A DNA stretch of 64,000 nucleotides from Nemertoderma westbladi (taxonomy: Eukaryota > Animalia > Xenacoelomorpha). Both the position numbers and the translations under genes were made by a program. The notes beneath the pieces are model-generated. The model saw only the letters and a list, made by a program, of their open reading frames with translations. It was not told the DNA's origin and did no database searches. Each line of letters starts with the position of its first letter. The first letter of the stretch is position 1. The DNA lies in the NCBI GenBank assembly GCA_032718475.1, contig JAUCBJ010001140.1, positions 133,054-197,053 of the forward strand, read 5' to 3'. Shown piece by piece: positions 1 through 11,000 of the stretch.

Positions 1-427
1 TAAAAATGTATTTCTTTCTCTTCATTTTGATACCAAAATTATGCTGATTAGATGAATTTTTATTTTCGACATAAGTATTACATCAATGGTGGAATTGCCC
101 AGAAGCAGTTTCACAGCAAAATACAGTACCGCTTTCAAATAACGTCGTATTGGTTCCTAATAGGATCCTATTAGGATCCAAGTCACTGATTCACTACTAT
201 AGGAGTTAGGATTTAATTGGAAATGAAATTTAGCCCAAATTCCAGACTTGGAGGCACTTAGGATTTGACTTGGATTTCATTAGGAATTTACTTGGAAATC
301 GGCGCTTACTTTGATGTCTGGAAGGTGGACTGACTCAGACTATGCTTGTGCTGGTCTACTTCTTCTCTATCCTGTCAATCATTAAGTTGTATAGAATGGA
401 GTAGACTCGGCATAAAGTTTGCGTAGT

Positions 428-2057
428 GTGGGGCGAGCCACGAAGTGAGTGAGCCTTAGCGTAGTGGTACCATTAATCAACCTGTCGTTCTGTCGTTCTG
501 TCGTTCTGTCGCGTCCAATTTTAAACGTTAATAACTCAGCCAATCTTTGATGAAATCTATCCAAACTTGGTACACATGTTGTTTGGCAAAAGTTTAGAAA
601 TTTTCCAAGTAGAATTTCCGTGTGGCCTTCGAGAAGCTAAGATAATAGCAGTTAATTAGTTAATTAAGTTGATTACGGTAAAAACACCATTTTCAACCTG
701 CCTTTTAAAGGAAATTAATTGTTTTACAGTATAAGATTTAAATAATTATACTTAAAAATTATACAGATGTAATCCACATACGCCATTCTATTATAGTTTT
801 TAATTAGTTCAAGTGATTTGCTTTATTAATTGTGTCTTTAATTGATCTAAAGTAATTAAAACGTCATAAAAAATTGATTCTTTAAATACAGCTCATTTAT
901 TGGCTAACATGCTGGTACGATGGAAGGATGTGTGTGTAAGGCAGCTATTTGCTGGGAATGATTATTGGTCAAGTCTCTGCTGGTGTGGAGCTAGCTGGCT
1001 TGGAGTTGTGGCTGTAGACTAACCAGAGAGGAATTGTACTGTAATAGGCAACCAGTATTGCTATTCAAGCCCAGACATCATTCTTGAAATCCAACATCCC
1101 AACATCCTTCCTGTATTGACTCTACTATAAGTGTTGTATTGCTATCTCAGGTAAATGACAGATATAATAACATAAATACAATCCATGGCATGGCTGTTGT
1201 GTAGGCTTCTGAAATAGTTTATTCCACAATGTATATGTCTGGTTATTTTTTAATTGAATTTTTGCAAAGTAGTAAAATTAATGTTCTTAAAAATAATATT
1301 ATTATTTTATATGTAACCTAGGAAATTAGCTACATTTTTTCGCTGCAGCTTTAAGAGTGTACATTGATTTAATATTATTTCAATACCCATATTACTACAT
1401 CGGCATAAGATGCGTTGGCGTTGTATCACACATCTCCACATATCACACATCTCCACATAAATGTATCAACAGTTACTCGCACAGTTTCGAAACTTCGCAT
1501 AGTTATAACTGTATAAAGATCGTCAGTCTGCGTTTAGGAAAAATATTTTATGACAAAACAGGACAAGAGACGAGCGCAACGAGGCATATAATGAAGACGA
1601 GTACTGCGTTGACTAAATTGTTATATAAACCACCTGGCTTCACATATTGATCGCATCCCTAGTTATTATTATTATAAAGATCGTCCTAGCCTGCGTTTAA
1701 GAAATATATTTAAATACAAAACATGACGAACGCAAAGAGGCTTATAATGAAAACGAGTACTGCGTTTATTATATTCCTATAAACCACCTGGCTTTGCATA
1801 TTTAACGTGCGATTGGAAATAAGTTCGTGCTACCCTTCCGTGGGTGGTAGATGTCGCGGTTATGTATTGGTGGGTGGGGGGAGGGGGGGGGGGGGGTGTG
1901 CAGATTAAAAGGGGTGAACACGTACTGTCCCCCTTTCTTTGATTAATTGGTGGTGTGGGTTAATATCTCATAACCTGATTTTGTGATACAGTCGCACAAT
2001 TTTAATTTGTATCTCATAACTGGGCCTCGTGCTGCGCGAAGGCCCCACGAACGTGTT
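428..2057 (+). mobile_element. Non-autonomous Helentron/HINE (DINE-like) element
   Basis: 5' GTGGGGCGAGCCACGAAGTGAGTGAGCCTTAGC, a (TGTCGTTC)n microsatellite and an AAACTTGG core. The 3' end GTGCTGCGCGAAGGCCCCACGAACGTGT and the 5' end both match, in reverse, the element at ~32808-33140. Confidence 0.45.
1514..1810 (+). repeat. Diverged ~160-bp tandem duplication
   Basis: TATAAAGATCGTC...CTGCGTTTA...ACGAGTACTGCGTT...TATAAACCACCTGGCTT occurs twice (from ~1514 and ~1674). Confidence 0.7.
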
Positions 2058-4071
2058 CAGTTCATTACATTGAGGTATGGATATCGATGGAAGATTACAC
2101 TCCTTCTGTACCTTGTATTGCCAGCCTCTGACGTAAATAATATTTAAAATATAAACTCTAATAGATGAAATCCACACACATCCGCACATAGTTAACGTCC
2201 GTGGGCTGGTGGGCTCTGGAATAATTTAAAATCGTATTGAACTTACAAATAAATGTAGGATCACACACTGTATTTATTACTATTGAACATATTTTGAGTA
2301 ATAAAGAGTAAAACACAATGTTTGTGTAATTATTAATAGAATAAATATTAGGTTATTTTCATTTATTAGTTTAATTAATAATTAGACAGGGGCTAAAACT
2401 GGGCGAATAAATAAATGTATATTATTGTCCACGGGAAATTTTCATTTCCTACACATTGACATTCTGCTTACTATACAAACACTGCTTGCTGTAAGGGGAG
2501 AACCGGGGTAGATAATTGGGTGTTCAATTATTATTATAGTCTTAAAAAAAATAAATATGGGCTATTAATTATTAGCAGCCCACTTACGGCCTAACACGCT
2601 GTATCTCATTGTGTAGTTAAATATCCGTTCGGCCAATATTAAGTCATTGATTAGTCCCCAAGGAGGGCTAGGGACTATATACCCCCCCCCCCCCCCCCTT
2701 CCCGACATAGATAAACTGTAATATTGAAGATAAACTGTAATATTGAATGCTATATTTTACTGAAACACAAGTTCCGTATTTAAACATAACACCCACAAAG
2801 CACATTACACTCTCCAAGCAGATTCCGCAACATGTCACAATCCGTATCGCTACCACTACGAAAAATAAATGACATAACATCCTACAGGAATTAACCGACC
2901 CTTATGAGTTTAGTGGCGGTTTGTAACAAACTTAACCTCTTGGCATATTGTTATTAATATTATTTATAAATTATATTTATTATACCATGGAAATGGCAAA
3001 ATCGCCAGATCTAAAAAGTTCGCACAATATTTTAAATACAATTATTAAAAGTTTGACGTCCGATTACAATCAGACTACGCTTTAGCAGCCCACTACTTGT
3101 TGAGGCTCACTCAACGTGTTGGCGGGCCTATTTTACACAAGTGGCGATACATTTACCGTATGGTAGTTAATGTGTCCAGATTTGAGTTAAAGCCAGTAGT
3201 GTGTTCTTTGCATATTTAACATGAGCCTATGGGGAGTATTGTTGTTGTAAGATAAGTCAGGGGAAGTGTTCGCGCTTTCAGACCTTTGGCAGTTTAACCC
3301 GCCAAATTAAGATGTCTTCTAGATATTAAATCGCTTTTTAGCCTATGACAAGTATTTGATTCACTACACTAGTCGAAACCAATCCGTGCGCGACCATTCA
3401 CCCGCTGGATATTCCCGGGAGATTGGGTTCGACGGTTTAATTTTGTTGCTATGTAAGCCTAATGTATTATTCGACTGACAGTATTATATAATCTCTGACA
3501 ATATTATTTACCTTCGGGAATATTAACAGTTCCTTTAGGACGTGGCGCTTTATCTATATAAACAGAGTTATGACTTAAACTACTCACAACGATATGGTTT
3601 AATTATAATTCACATATATGGCGCATTCTTTAGGAATGCTTCTTTAACAGACTCACTCATACACAATGCTGCACAATACTGCACACTAATCTGACGATCT
3701 TCACTGATTTTAGTCACATATAAAAGGAACACAGACTGACTCATGTAGGGTCTATCAAATAACATTAGATTCACTTCAAACCACTTTAACATAAGTCACA
3801 ATCGTTTATCTGTAACCTTTCTCTCTTACCTTCGGTATATCAAGAATATTGGGTTTCGGGGTTATTTCTCGTTATTCCAAATATAATAATTCATCAACCA
3901 TATTATGAAGAACTGACAGTAAATAGCAGTATAACAATATAAAAGTATGCACAGTGTTACACAGTATGCAGTGTATGCAGTACTGCAGTATGCAGTGATT
4001 ACGAAATTGCAGTTTGTGTGTTTCGTCAGTTAAAGGATATATGTCCTTGTAATTAAACCTACTAGTGTTGA

Positions 4072-4460
4072 GCTAAAAAGCAGAAAGCACAAAACACTAA
4101 AAGCCGTTCTTTCGTGGCTTTGAAAAACTCGTGACTACTGCTCTATACGAGGATACCAACTCCCTTATTCCACGAAGCTCCCGTTCAACACAGAGAAAGA
4201 GCAGTGAGATAGGAAATTTTCAGTTCAGTGCTCTGTGATAGGTCGAAATCAAGGCTAACTCAAATTCTATTGGGAGATACAACACAAGGCTATGACGCAA
4301 CCTCCCTAGGCTTGTTGGCCGATTAAACAGAGCCCAGATGCCTGCGTATAGCAAATCAGCCAATAAGCTGGTAACTTGCACTATTTTTAACTGTAGATCA
4401 CTTTGAGAGTATTCTTAGCGACTGGGGGGGAACTGGCCAACAAGGCAAACGAATCAGTTA
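4072..4460 (+). pseudogene. Possible decayed Crypton/DUF3504-like tyrosine recombinase fragment (may continue at ~11680-11770)
   Basis: Frameshifted reading gives KAQNTKSRSFVALKN/RDYCSIRG ... LKFYWEIQ/GYDATSL../LNRA, and after the retroelement QKGNTTQPLD. This resembles the N-terminal part of DUF3504/Crypton proteins. Several frameshifts are needed. Confidence 0.3.
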
Positions 4461-7400
4461 GTCCGGGTTCCGTTGGAGTGGCTCGGGTGGGTGCGATGGG
4501 AGGGCTGCCTGACAGGGTTGGCAGCGCTCGACCGTCTGTTTGATGTCGTTGGGTATGGAGGGCCACCAGACGGAGCGACACGCCCTCTCCCGAGTTTTAG
4601 TGAGTCCCTGGTGGGCGGCGTGGAGTAGCCGGAGCGTCTCGGGACGGAGTTCGACGGGGATATAGAGCTGGGGCCCGCGGAGAATGACGTCATCGTGCAC
4701 CATCAGCTCCGAGCGGAACTGGAAGTAGGGCCGCAGCTGGTCGTCGGTGACGTTGTGTTTGGACGTCGGCCAGCCGTCCCGGATGGTGGCGAGGAGCGCG
4801 CGGTACACGGGGTCGCGCTGCCCGGCCTCCCGGATCTGGTCGAGCCGCGCGTCCCGAGATTCGACCGACGGGGTGGCGGCGGACGCGGCGACGGCCGTGG
4901 AGACGATAAACTCCCGGTCGGCGTCGTCTTCCGGGGTGAGGAGGATGTCGTCGGAGGTTGGGGAGTTCCTGGGGGCGCGGGAGAAGGCGTCGGCGATTAC
5001 GTGTTTACTGCCGCGTTGGTGGCGGGCGGTGAAGTTAAAGCGCGACATCAACGTCTTTAACTTCAGCAGCCGATCGTTGCTGACCTGGTCCAACCGGCGG
5101 TCGTTCAGGATGGGGATCAGGGGGCTGCTATCAGTGACGAGCTCGAAGTGGCGGAGCCCGTCGAGGAAGTAGCGGCACTTGTGGGCCGCCCACGCAGCGC
5201 CGAGGGCCTCCAGTTCCGCCATCCCCGACCAGTTGGCCTCGTGTGTGGCCAGGGTGCGCGAGCCGCACTGGACGGTGCGCCAACGGTTGGCGTCGGAGTC
5301 CCACTGGCGGAGGAGAAACCCGAGGCCGTTCAGTCGGGAGGCGTCCGTCAGCAGCTCGGTTCGGCGGTCCGGGTGGAACCCCGACAGGTAGTGCGGACTC
5401 GACAGGGTTGACCGGGTCGCCTCGAACGCAGCCTGGTGTTGGGGGAGCCAGACCCAGGAGTTGAGGTTCGAGTTTAGCGAACGGAGCGGGTCGACGAGTC
5501 GGGTTATCTCCGCCGTCGAGTTCCCGAGCTGCTGGGCGAGTCCGAGGAACGAGCGGAGCTGACGGCGGTTCGTCGGGACCGGGAAGTAGCGGAGGTCGTC
5601 GGAGAGGGCCGGGTCGATCCGGTAGCGGCCGTGGGAGACCAGGTAGCCGCCGAACCGGACCTCGGCCTGTTTGAACTGGACCTTCGCCGTGTTTATGGAG
5701 ATCGACGAGGCGTCGCAGGCGGCCAGGACGCGGGCCACCGCCTCGGAGTGCTCCTCCGCCGTGTCGGTGTAGATAATGATGTCTTCAACGATCCTCCCGA
5801 TGTTTGGGATTCCTCGGAGGGCTTTATCCATCCGGGCATTGAAGACATCAGAGCTACCATGCCAACCCATCGGCATCCGGCGGTAGCGGAACCGGCCTCG
5901 TGGCGTCACAAAGGTGGTCAGTCGGCGACTGGAGGAGTCCAACCCGACCTGGTGGAAGCCCTTGAGGCCGTCGAGCACCGAGAAGACGCGGGCGGACGTT
6001 GGGATCCGGGAGACGACCTGGAAGGGAGCGGCGGAGTAGTAGGTGGGACGTACGGTGGCCTTATTGAGTTCCCGGAGGTCTACCGTGATCCGCACCTTGG
6101 TGGCGTCCTTCTTTTTGGTGACCACCATGGGGCTGAGCCACTCGCCGGGGTTCCGCTCGTCCGCGGCGGGCTCGAGGATTCCCATGGCGACCTGCTCGTC
6201 CAGCTCGCGGTTGAAGGCGGCCTCGAGGTTGATGGGGACGGCGCGGTTCGCGTAGGAGTTGGTGGGCCGGGCGCCCGGGTGGAGTTTGATTGTGATATCC
6301 CCCCCAGACATTACGCGGCATTTCCCCGATAGGGGGCGGGGGAAACGCTGTTGTAGGGCCGCCCAAGCCGCGGTGTTGGTGTTGGTTGGCACCGTGGATG
6401 GCGGCGTGGGTGGTTCCGGGGGTGGCGGGGTTGCCTCCTCCCTGGGCGACGATAGCGGGGGCGCGATCATCTGGTAGGATCGTGGGGTGCGGCCGGGGGG
6501 CGGGGGTGGGCCGTCGGAGTAGCGGCCGCCACGGAGGATCGGGCTCTGGAGGATGGCCAGCAGGAAACAGGCCTTCCTCGACAGTAGCGGCTGCTGAAGC
6601 CCGTCGATGACCCACACATCCGTGGTGCAGGCGGTGTGGAGGGCGGGGCATTGGAGGGTTGCAGTGAAGATCCCGATCACTGTCCACCCGGAGCGGCACC
6701 CGTTGGCCAGTCGCGGCGCTTTGGGGGGCGGTTGGGTGGTCCGGAGGTTCTCCGTCGTCCCGCCGAAGGAGCGGAAGTTGGGGAGCGGGAGCGCGGTGAT
6801 GTTCGCTCCGGAGTCGGGGAGGAACTGGGCCGCTGCGATTCCGAAGTTCGGGTTCTTCGTCACCTGGAACCCGACGGTGACGGTCTCCAGAGGCTCCAGG
6901 GACTCCATAACCGAGACGATGGGGGCGTCTTCCAGTTCGGCGCCCGCCAGGATGGACCACACCTCAGCGCGGTTCGCCGTGGTGCATGAGTCGTCGGCGG
7001 GGCCGGTGGCAGCGTGGGCGCGCGGTTCGCCGGAGTTGGTCGGGCACATCCGGTCGTAGTGCCCAGTCGTGCCGCAGTGGCGGCACGTTGCCTTTATTCC
7101 CGGGCACGTCTTTCCGGCCGGGTGCGGCGTGTATCCGCACTGGCGGCAGAGGGTGGGCGGTTGCAGTTGGTTGCGGCGGTTGTGGGTGCGCCGGCCTCCC
7201 GGCGTCGGAGCAGGGTGGGTCGCCACGCTGCGGGATGCGGTGGCCTTGGGGGTGGCGGTGTTGAAGGAGGCGGCGTCCTTCCGCGCCGTCCAAACGGATT
7301 GGGCCCGCCTGAGAGCGTCGGAGAGGGTCGCTCCGTTCTCGAGGCGGAGGAGTTGCTCCGTCACCTCGCGGTCGTTGAACCCCGCCACGAACTGGTCGAG

Positions 7401-7898
7401 CAACCGGTCGTTGAGGTGCGCCTCCGCGGTGGGGAGGGCGACGAACCGGCACTTGGTGGCGAGGTCGCGGAGGTGGACGAGGAACGTCTCCGGGGTTTCC
7501 TCGGGGAGTCTTTGGCGACGGGAGAGTTCCTGGCGGTGGACGCGGACGTTCGTCCCGCCGTCGATGTGGACTTCCAGTCTATCGATGACGGTGGTGGCGT
7601 TACAGTTCTCCTCCGGAGTGAGGGCGAGTCCCTTGACCACGGCGTTGGTGGCGCGCGTAAAGGCGGTCATGAGGGCGGCTCGTCGTTGTCGCTGGGTAGC
7701 GCGGAGGAGGACTGCCGATAGAGCTGGGTCGGGTTGGGCGGCGGGGTCGGCTTCGTGGAGGTTCTCCAGGCCGGAGGTGACGAGGAAGGCCTCCCATTCG
7801 TCGCGCCATAACGCCCAGGTGAGGCGCTCGGTTTCGATGTCGAACGGGAGTGGATTACCTCGAAGAATGAAGCTTCTCGGATCGCGGTGGTCCGACAT
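4458..7898 (-). CDS. Gypsy/Ty3 (Mag-like) single-ORF gag-pol polyprotein, truncated within integrase
   Basis: Gag WxxW..F motif; two Zn knuckles (CRQCGYTPH..C, CRHCGTTGHYDRMC); aspartic protease LPDSGA; RT (VDLRELNK, LDGLKGFHQV, RMPMGW, IVEDIIIY); RNase H (TDASRLNGLG, ELEALG); integrase HHCC finger (HAAHQG..CQPC). The ORF then stops, with no DDE core. Confidence 0.95.
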   Translation of the reverse strand: MSDHRDPRSFILRGNPLPFDIETERLTWALWRDEWEAFLVTSGLENLHEADPAAQPDPALSAVLLRATQRQRRAALMTAFTRATNAVVKGLALTPEENCNATTVIDRLEVHIDGGTNVRVHRQELSRRQRLPEETPETFLVHLRDLATKCRFVALPTAEAHLNDRLLDQFVAGFNDREVTEQLLRLENGATLSDALRRAQSVWTARKDAASFNTATPKATASRSVATHPAPTPGGRRTHNRRNQLQPPTLCRQCGYTPHPAGKTCPGIKATCRHCGTTGHYDRMCPTNSGEPRAHAATGPADDSCTTANRAEVWSILAGAELEDAPIVSVMESLEPLETVTVGFQVTKNPNFGIAAAQFLPDSGANITALPLPNFRSFGGTTENLRTTQPPPKAPRLANGCRSGWTVIGIFTATLQCPALHTACTTDVWVIDGLQQPLLSRKACFLLAILQSPILRGGRYSDGPPPPPGRTPRSYQMIAPPLSSPREEATPPPPEPPTPPSTVPTNTNTAAWAALQQRFPRPLSGKCRVMSGGDITIKLHPGARPTNSYANRAVPINLEAAFNRELDEQVAMGILEPAADERNPGEWLSPMVVTKKKDATKVRITVDLRELNKATVRPTYYSAAPFQVVSRIPTSARVFSVLDGLKGFHQVGLDSSSRRLTTFVTPRGRFRYRRMPMGWHGSSDVFNARMDKALRGIPNIGRIVEDIIIYTDTAEEHSEAVARVLAACDASSISINTAKVQFKQAEVRFGGYLVSHGRYRIDPALSDDLRYFPVPTNRRQLRSFLGLAQQLGNSTAEITRLVDPLRSLNSNLNSWVWLPQHQAAFEATRSTLSSPHYLSGFHPDRRTELLTDASRLNGLGFLLRQWDSDANRWRTVQCGSRTLATHEANWSGMAELEALGAAWAAHKCRYFLDGLRHFELVTDSSPLIPILNDRRLDQVSNDRLLKLKTLMSRFNFTARHQRGSKHVIADAFSRAPRNSPTSDDILLTPEDDADREFIVSTAVAASAATPSVESRDARLDQIREAGQRDPVYRALLATIRDGWPTSKHNVTDDQLRPYFQFRSELMVHDDVILRGPQLYIPVELRPETLRLLHAAHQGLTKTRERACRSVWWPSIPNDIKQTVERCQPCQAALPSHPPEPLQRNPD

Positions 7899-7954
7899 CT
7901 TCAGTAGTGTTGGCAGATTGGCGTTGAGTGAGTTGGGTGGTGTAGGTAGGTCGA

Positions 7955-7970
7955 ACCTAAAGCTGCGCCA
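7955..7970 (-). promoter_or_regulatory. Retrotransposon primer-binding site (probably tRNA-Ser)
   Basis: The minus strand reads TGGCGCAGC immediately after the LTR end ...TAGTCA. This is complementary to a tRNA 3' end ...GCUGCGCCA, as in tRNA-Ser(UGA). Confidence 0.65.
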
Positions 7971-8059
7971 TGACTAATCAGGGGGGCAGGGTGCAGCAAT
8001 GCAGACAGCCGTAGTACAGTAGTACGTATGTACTGCTGTATAATCAGGAAGGATGTACC

Positions 8060-11000
8060 CAAGGCCACCTATAATACAGGCCTTGCAGCCCAATAATTGC
8101 CAAAATTTGCTAGGGCCGAAGTTTTACAATCTACATTTCACTTAGATGTCCCTTTGATGCGACATATTTCGAATTATGGATGTGGGCAGAACTATCAGAC
8201 TATTACTATTTTTCAGGGGACACCAAAAGTGTTACCGGTAGGCCTATACAAAATCAGACTGATTGATCATTCTATCATTACCGGTACGGTTAACAGTAGG
8301 CTATTACTGTATTATGTGGGTAAGCCTACAGCTTTCAGACGTTTCAGTGGTTACCACTTACTCTGTTACTACCACTAGTGCTGTAGTGATAAACTGCTAT
8401 TCAGTTAGGCTACTGCGCATGCCAGTCTGTTGTATTAATTTGCAATAGCTACGAGCTACGACTACCCTACCTATTTGATATCGAATATTTTATTATTATT
8501 GTTACAACTGTTGTATTATTGTTGCTGTTGTATGCGTAGCCTAATGGGACGAAAATGTTCTGTGGGGAACTGCCGAACTGGTTACTGTCGAACCAAGGAA
8601 CATCCAGAAGAGACGGGTCCGATTCCGGTTTACTCCTTCCCGAGAGACGAGCGACAGCGGGTGGAGTGGATTAGAGCTCTTCCGAACATCATTGGAAGTG
8701 TTACCGATAATATGGGAGTCTGTCGGCTCCACTGGCCAACGCAAACTCCCATGAAGTCGGTAAAAGGTGGTCGCGGCGGTGGAGTTCCAACTAATCCACC
8801 GTCAATATTTAATACTCCCGATTCTTGGGTCCCTACTCCTTCTGCGAGACCACGAGCTACTTCTTCTTCCACGAGCTTCAACCAACTCCGCAACACTCTG
8901 CCGGATGAACTCCCGAGGTTTCTCGAGATGGACTTTATACTTGTGGAATCGTTTTCGACGCAGCTCCACAATAAATTAGGTGGAAGTTACGATTTGCTCT
9001 TGCGAGATTCTGGGGATGCAGTAGTTATGAGCCGTGAAAGAGAAGGTCCAACAGCTAAATGGACTCTCAACATTACAGTATCTACTGAATCCCTTTCGTT
9101 TAGTGGCTACAGAGGCCTTCGTAAGGAGAAATTCCTGTTTCTTCGATATCCCGGCAAAGTTCGACGTTGGTCTGAACTTGAGGAAGTGATTAATGTTTTG
9201 AATCAGGACACTCCAGTAGAGGACGAGCGCTGGATTTTCATTAATCGCCAAATTGAGCTACTGAATACTCCCAAGAATGGAAAGGTATATCTTGCAAATG
9301 ATTTATCCCTTGCATTTTCTTGGTATACGTTGTCGACGAAGCTTTACCAGACACTCCGGGAATTCATGGTGCTTCCAAGTTTGCGAGTGATCCGTAATAT
9401 TACATCGGCAGTGTCTAATGTTGATACGAAGGAGTTTCTCACTGCTGTATTTGAGAAATTGGAGGACCGCCAACGCATTTGCTCCTTGGTTATTGATGAA
9501 GTATATATAAAGCCATCTGTTCAATATTATGGGGGAACTGTTTATGGTAATTCAGTTGATGATCCAACGAAACTGGCCAGAACGATTTTGGCAGTAATGA
9601 TTCGTTGTGCATTTGGAGGGCCCAGCTTCGTTTTGAAGATGATACCATGCAGTGGTTTAACTTCGGAGTTTCAGTTGGACAATGTGAATCTCATCCTTAA
9701 AGATCTGGTTTCATGTAAAATTGTTGCGATTGTGGTCGTTGTCGATAACAACAAGGTAAACCAGAAATTTTTAAAGATGTTCAAAATCCCTAACCTATCG
9801 AAACCGTGGATTGCGACATCTCCTTTTGGTTCGGATTACCCATTGTTTCTCATTAATGATCCTGTGCACATTCTAAAGTGCATACGTAACAACTGGTACA
9901 CAGAGGAACATAAATCTATAATGTTTTATGATGTTAGGGACTCCGATCGGTCCCAAATGACAGCCAGTTGGAGCCATTTAATACAAATGTACGAATCTGA
10001 CAGCAAATCCCTTGTTACGTTGTCCGATTTAACTAAGTCTGCTGTTAGTCCTTCTAATATACAGCGACAAAATGTAGGATTGGCGCTGAAAATATTTTCG
10101 GATAAGACAATAGCTGCACTGAAATCATCCGATATACCTGGTGTGGATGAAACTGTTAACTTCCTGGAACTTGTTGCCGAATGGTGGAAGATGTTAAACA
10201 TTAAGGGTCTGACTGCTGGTGTCCGTTTCAACGACAACACCAGGGATGCTTTCAGCGACCCTGATGATCCACGATTTAATTTTTTGCTCTCATTTGCCAG
10301 ACTATGTGATTCCATGCAGAACAGTTCTCGTCAAAAACGATGTAAATCGCTTACTAATGAAACTTCATCAGCATCTGCGAACACTACCAGAGGGATTGTT
10401 GATGCTACTAAGTATCTGTTGACTACATCGAACAACACATTCAAGCATAAGTTTGTGTTGACCAATTTTTTTCATGCAGACTGTATTGAATCCTATTTCG
10501 GAAGAATTCGCCAAGCTTATGGTGGGTGTTCTACGTATATCAACGCTCATCAAGCACTCTGTTTTCTACACATTGATTCAGCTCGTATTCTGGCTTCACT
10601 TGATAATCTTCCTGATGATACTCCAATGTCTATTCATTCATGTGCGAACTGTTCTACCCCTATGAATGAAACTGAGTTGGAACTTCTTGACTCTCTCCCA
10701 CTTTTGGCAGACGACATACCAAATTCGGAAATTTCTGTACTGATATATATTGCGGGGTATCTCACTTTCAAATGCAAATTAGCACCAGGAGCAATCAGTA
10801 CCGAGACCAGCGACCAAGTAACTCAGTACTTTCACGAGTTAAATCGAGGTAGATTATCTTTTCCTTCGGATAATTTGGTATTGTATACCTGTTACTGCTA
10901 TGCGTTTTTCAATCACGTTTCTAAAACTACATTGTGCCGTACTAGACTTGTACATTTATTCACGGCAATATATAAGTATATGTCACCTGCTGATTCGCCT

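Noticed and set aside
3373-3433. tRNA-like hairpin (GTCGAAACCAATC...GATTGGGTTCGAC)
   Set aside because: It has a GTTCGA word but no convincing cloverleaf or A box; probably a TE-derived inverted repeat.
3900-4457. 3' LTR of the Gypsy element
   Set aside because: No copy of 7971-8059 or 11598-11679 and no polypurine tract was found here.
4695-7977. Multiple plus-strand and alternative-frame ORFs over the Gypsy element
   Set aside because: Expected shadow ORFs of a very GC-rich coding sequence; no recognisable domains.
8475-8543. N-terminal hydrophobic extension of the P transposase
   Set aside because: It begins at a non-ATG codon in low-complexity sequence; THAP domains normally start at the N-terminus, matching the ATG at 8544.
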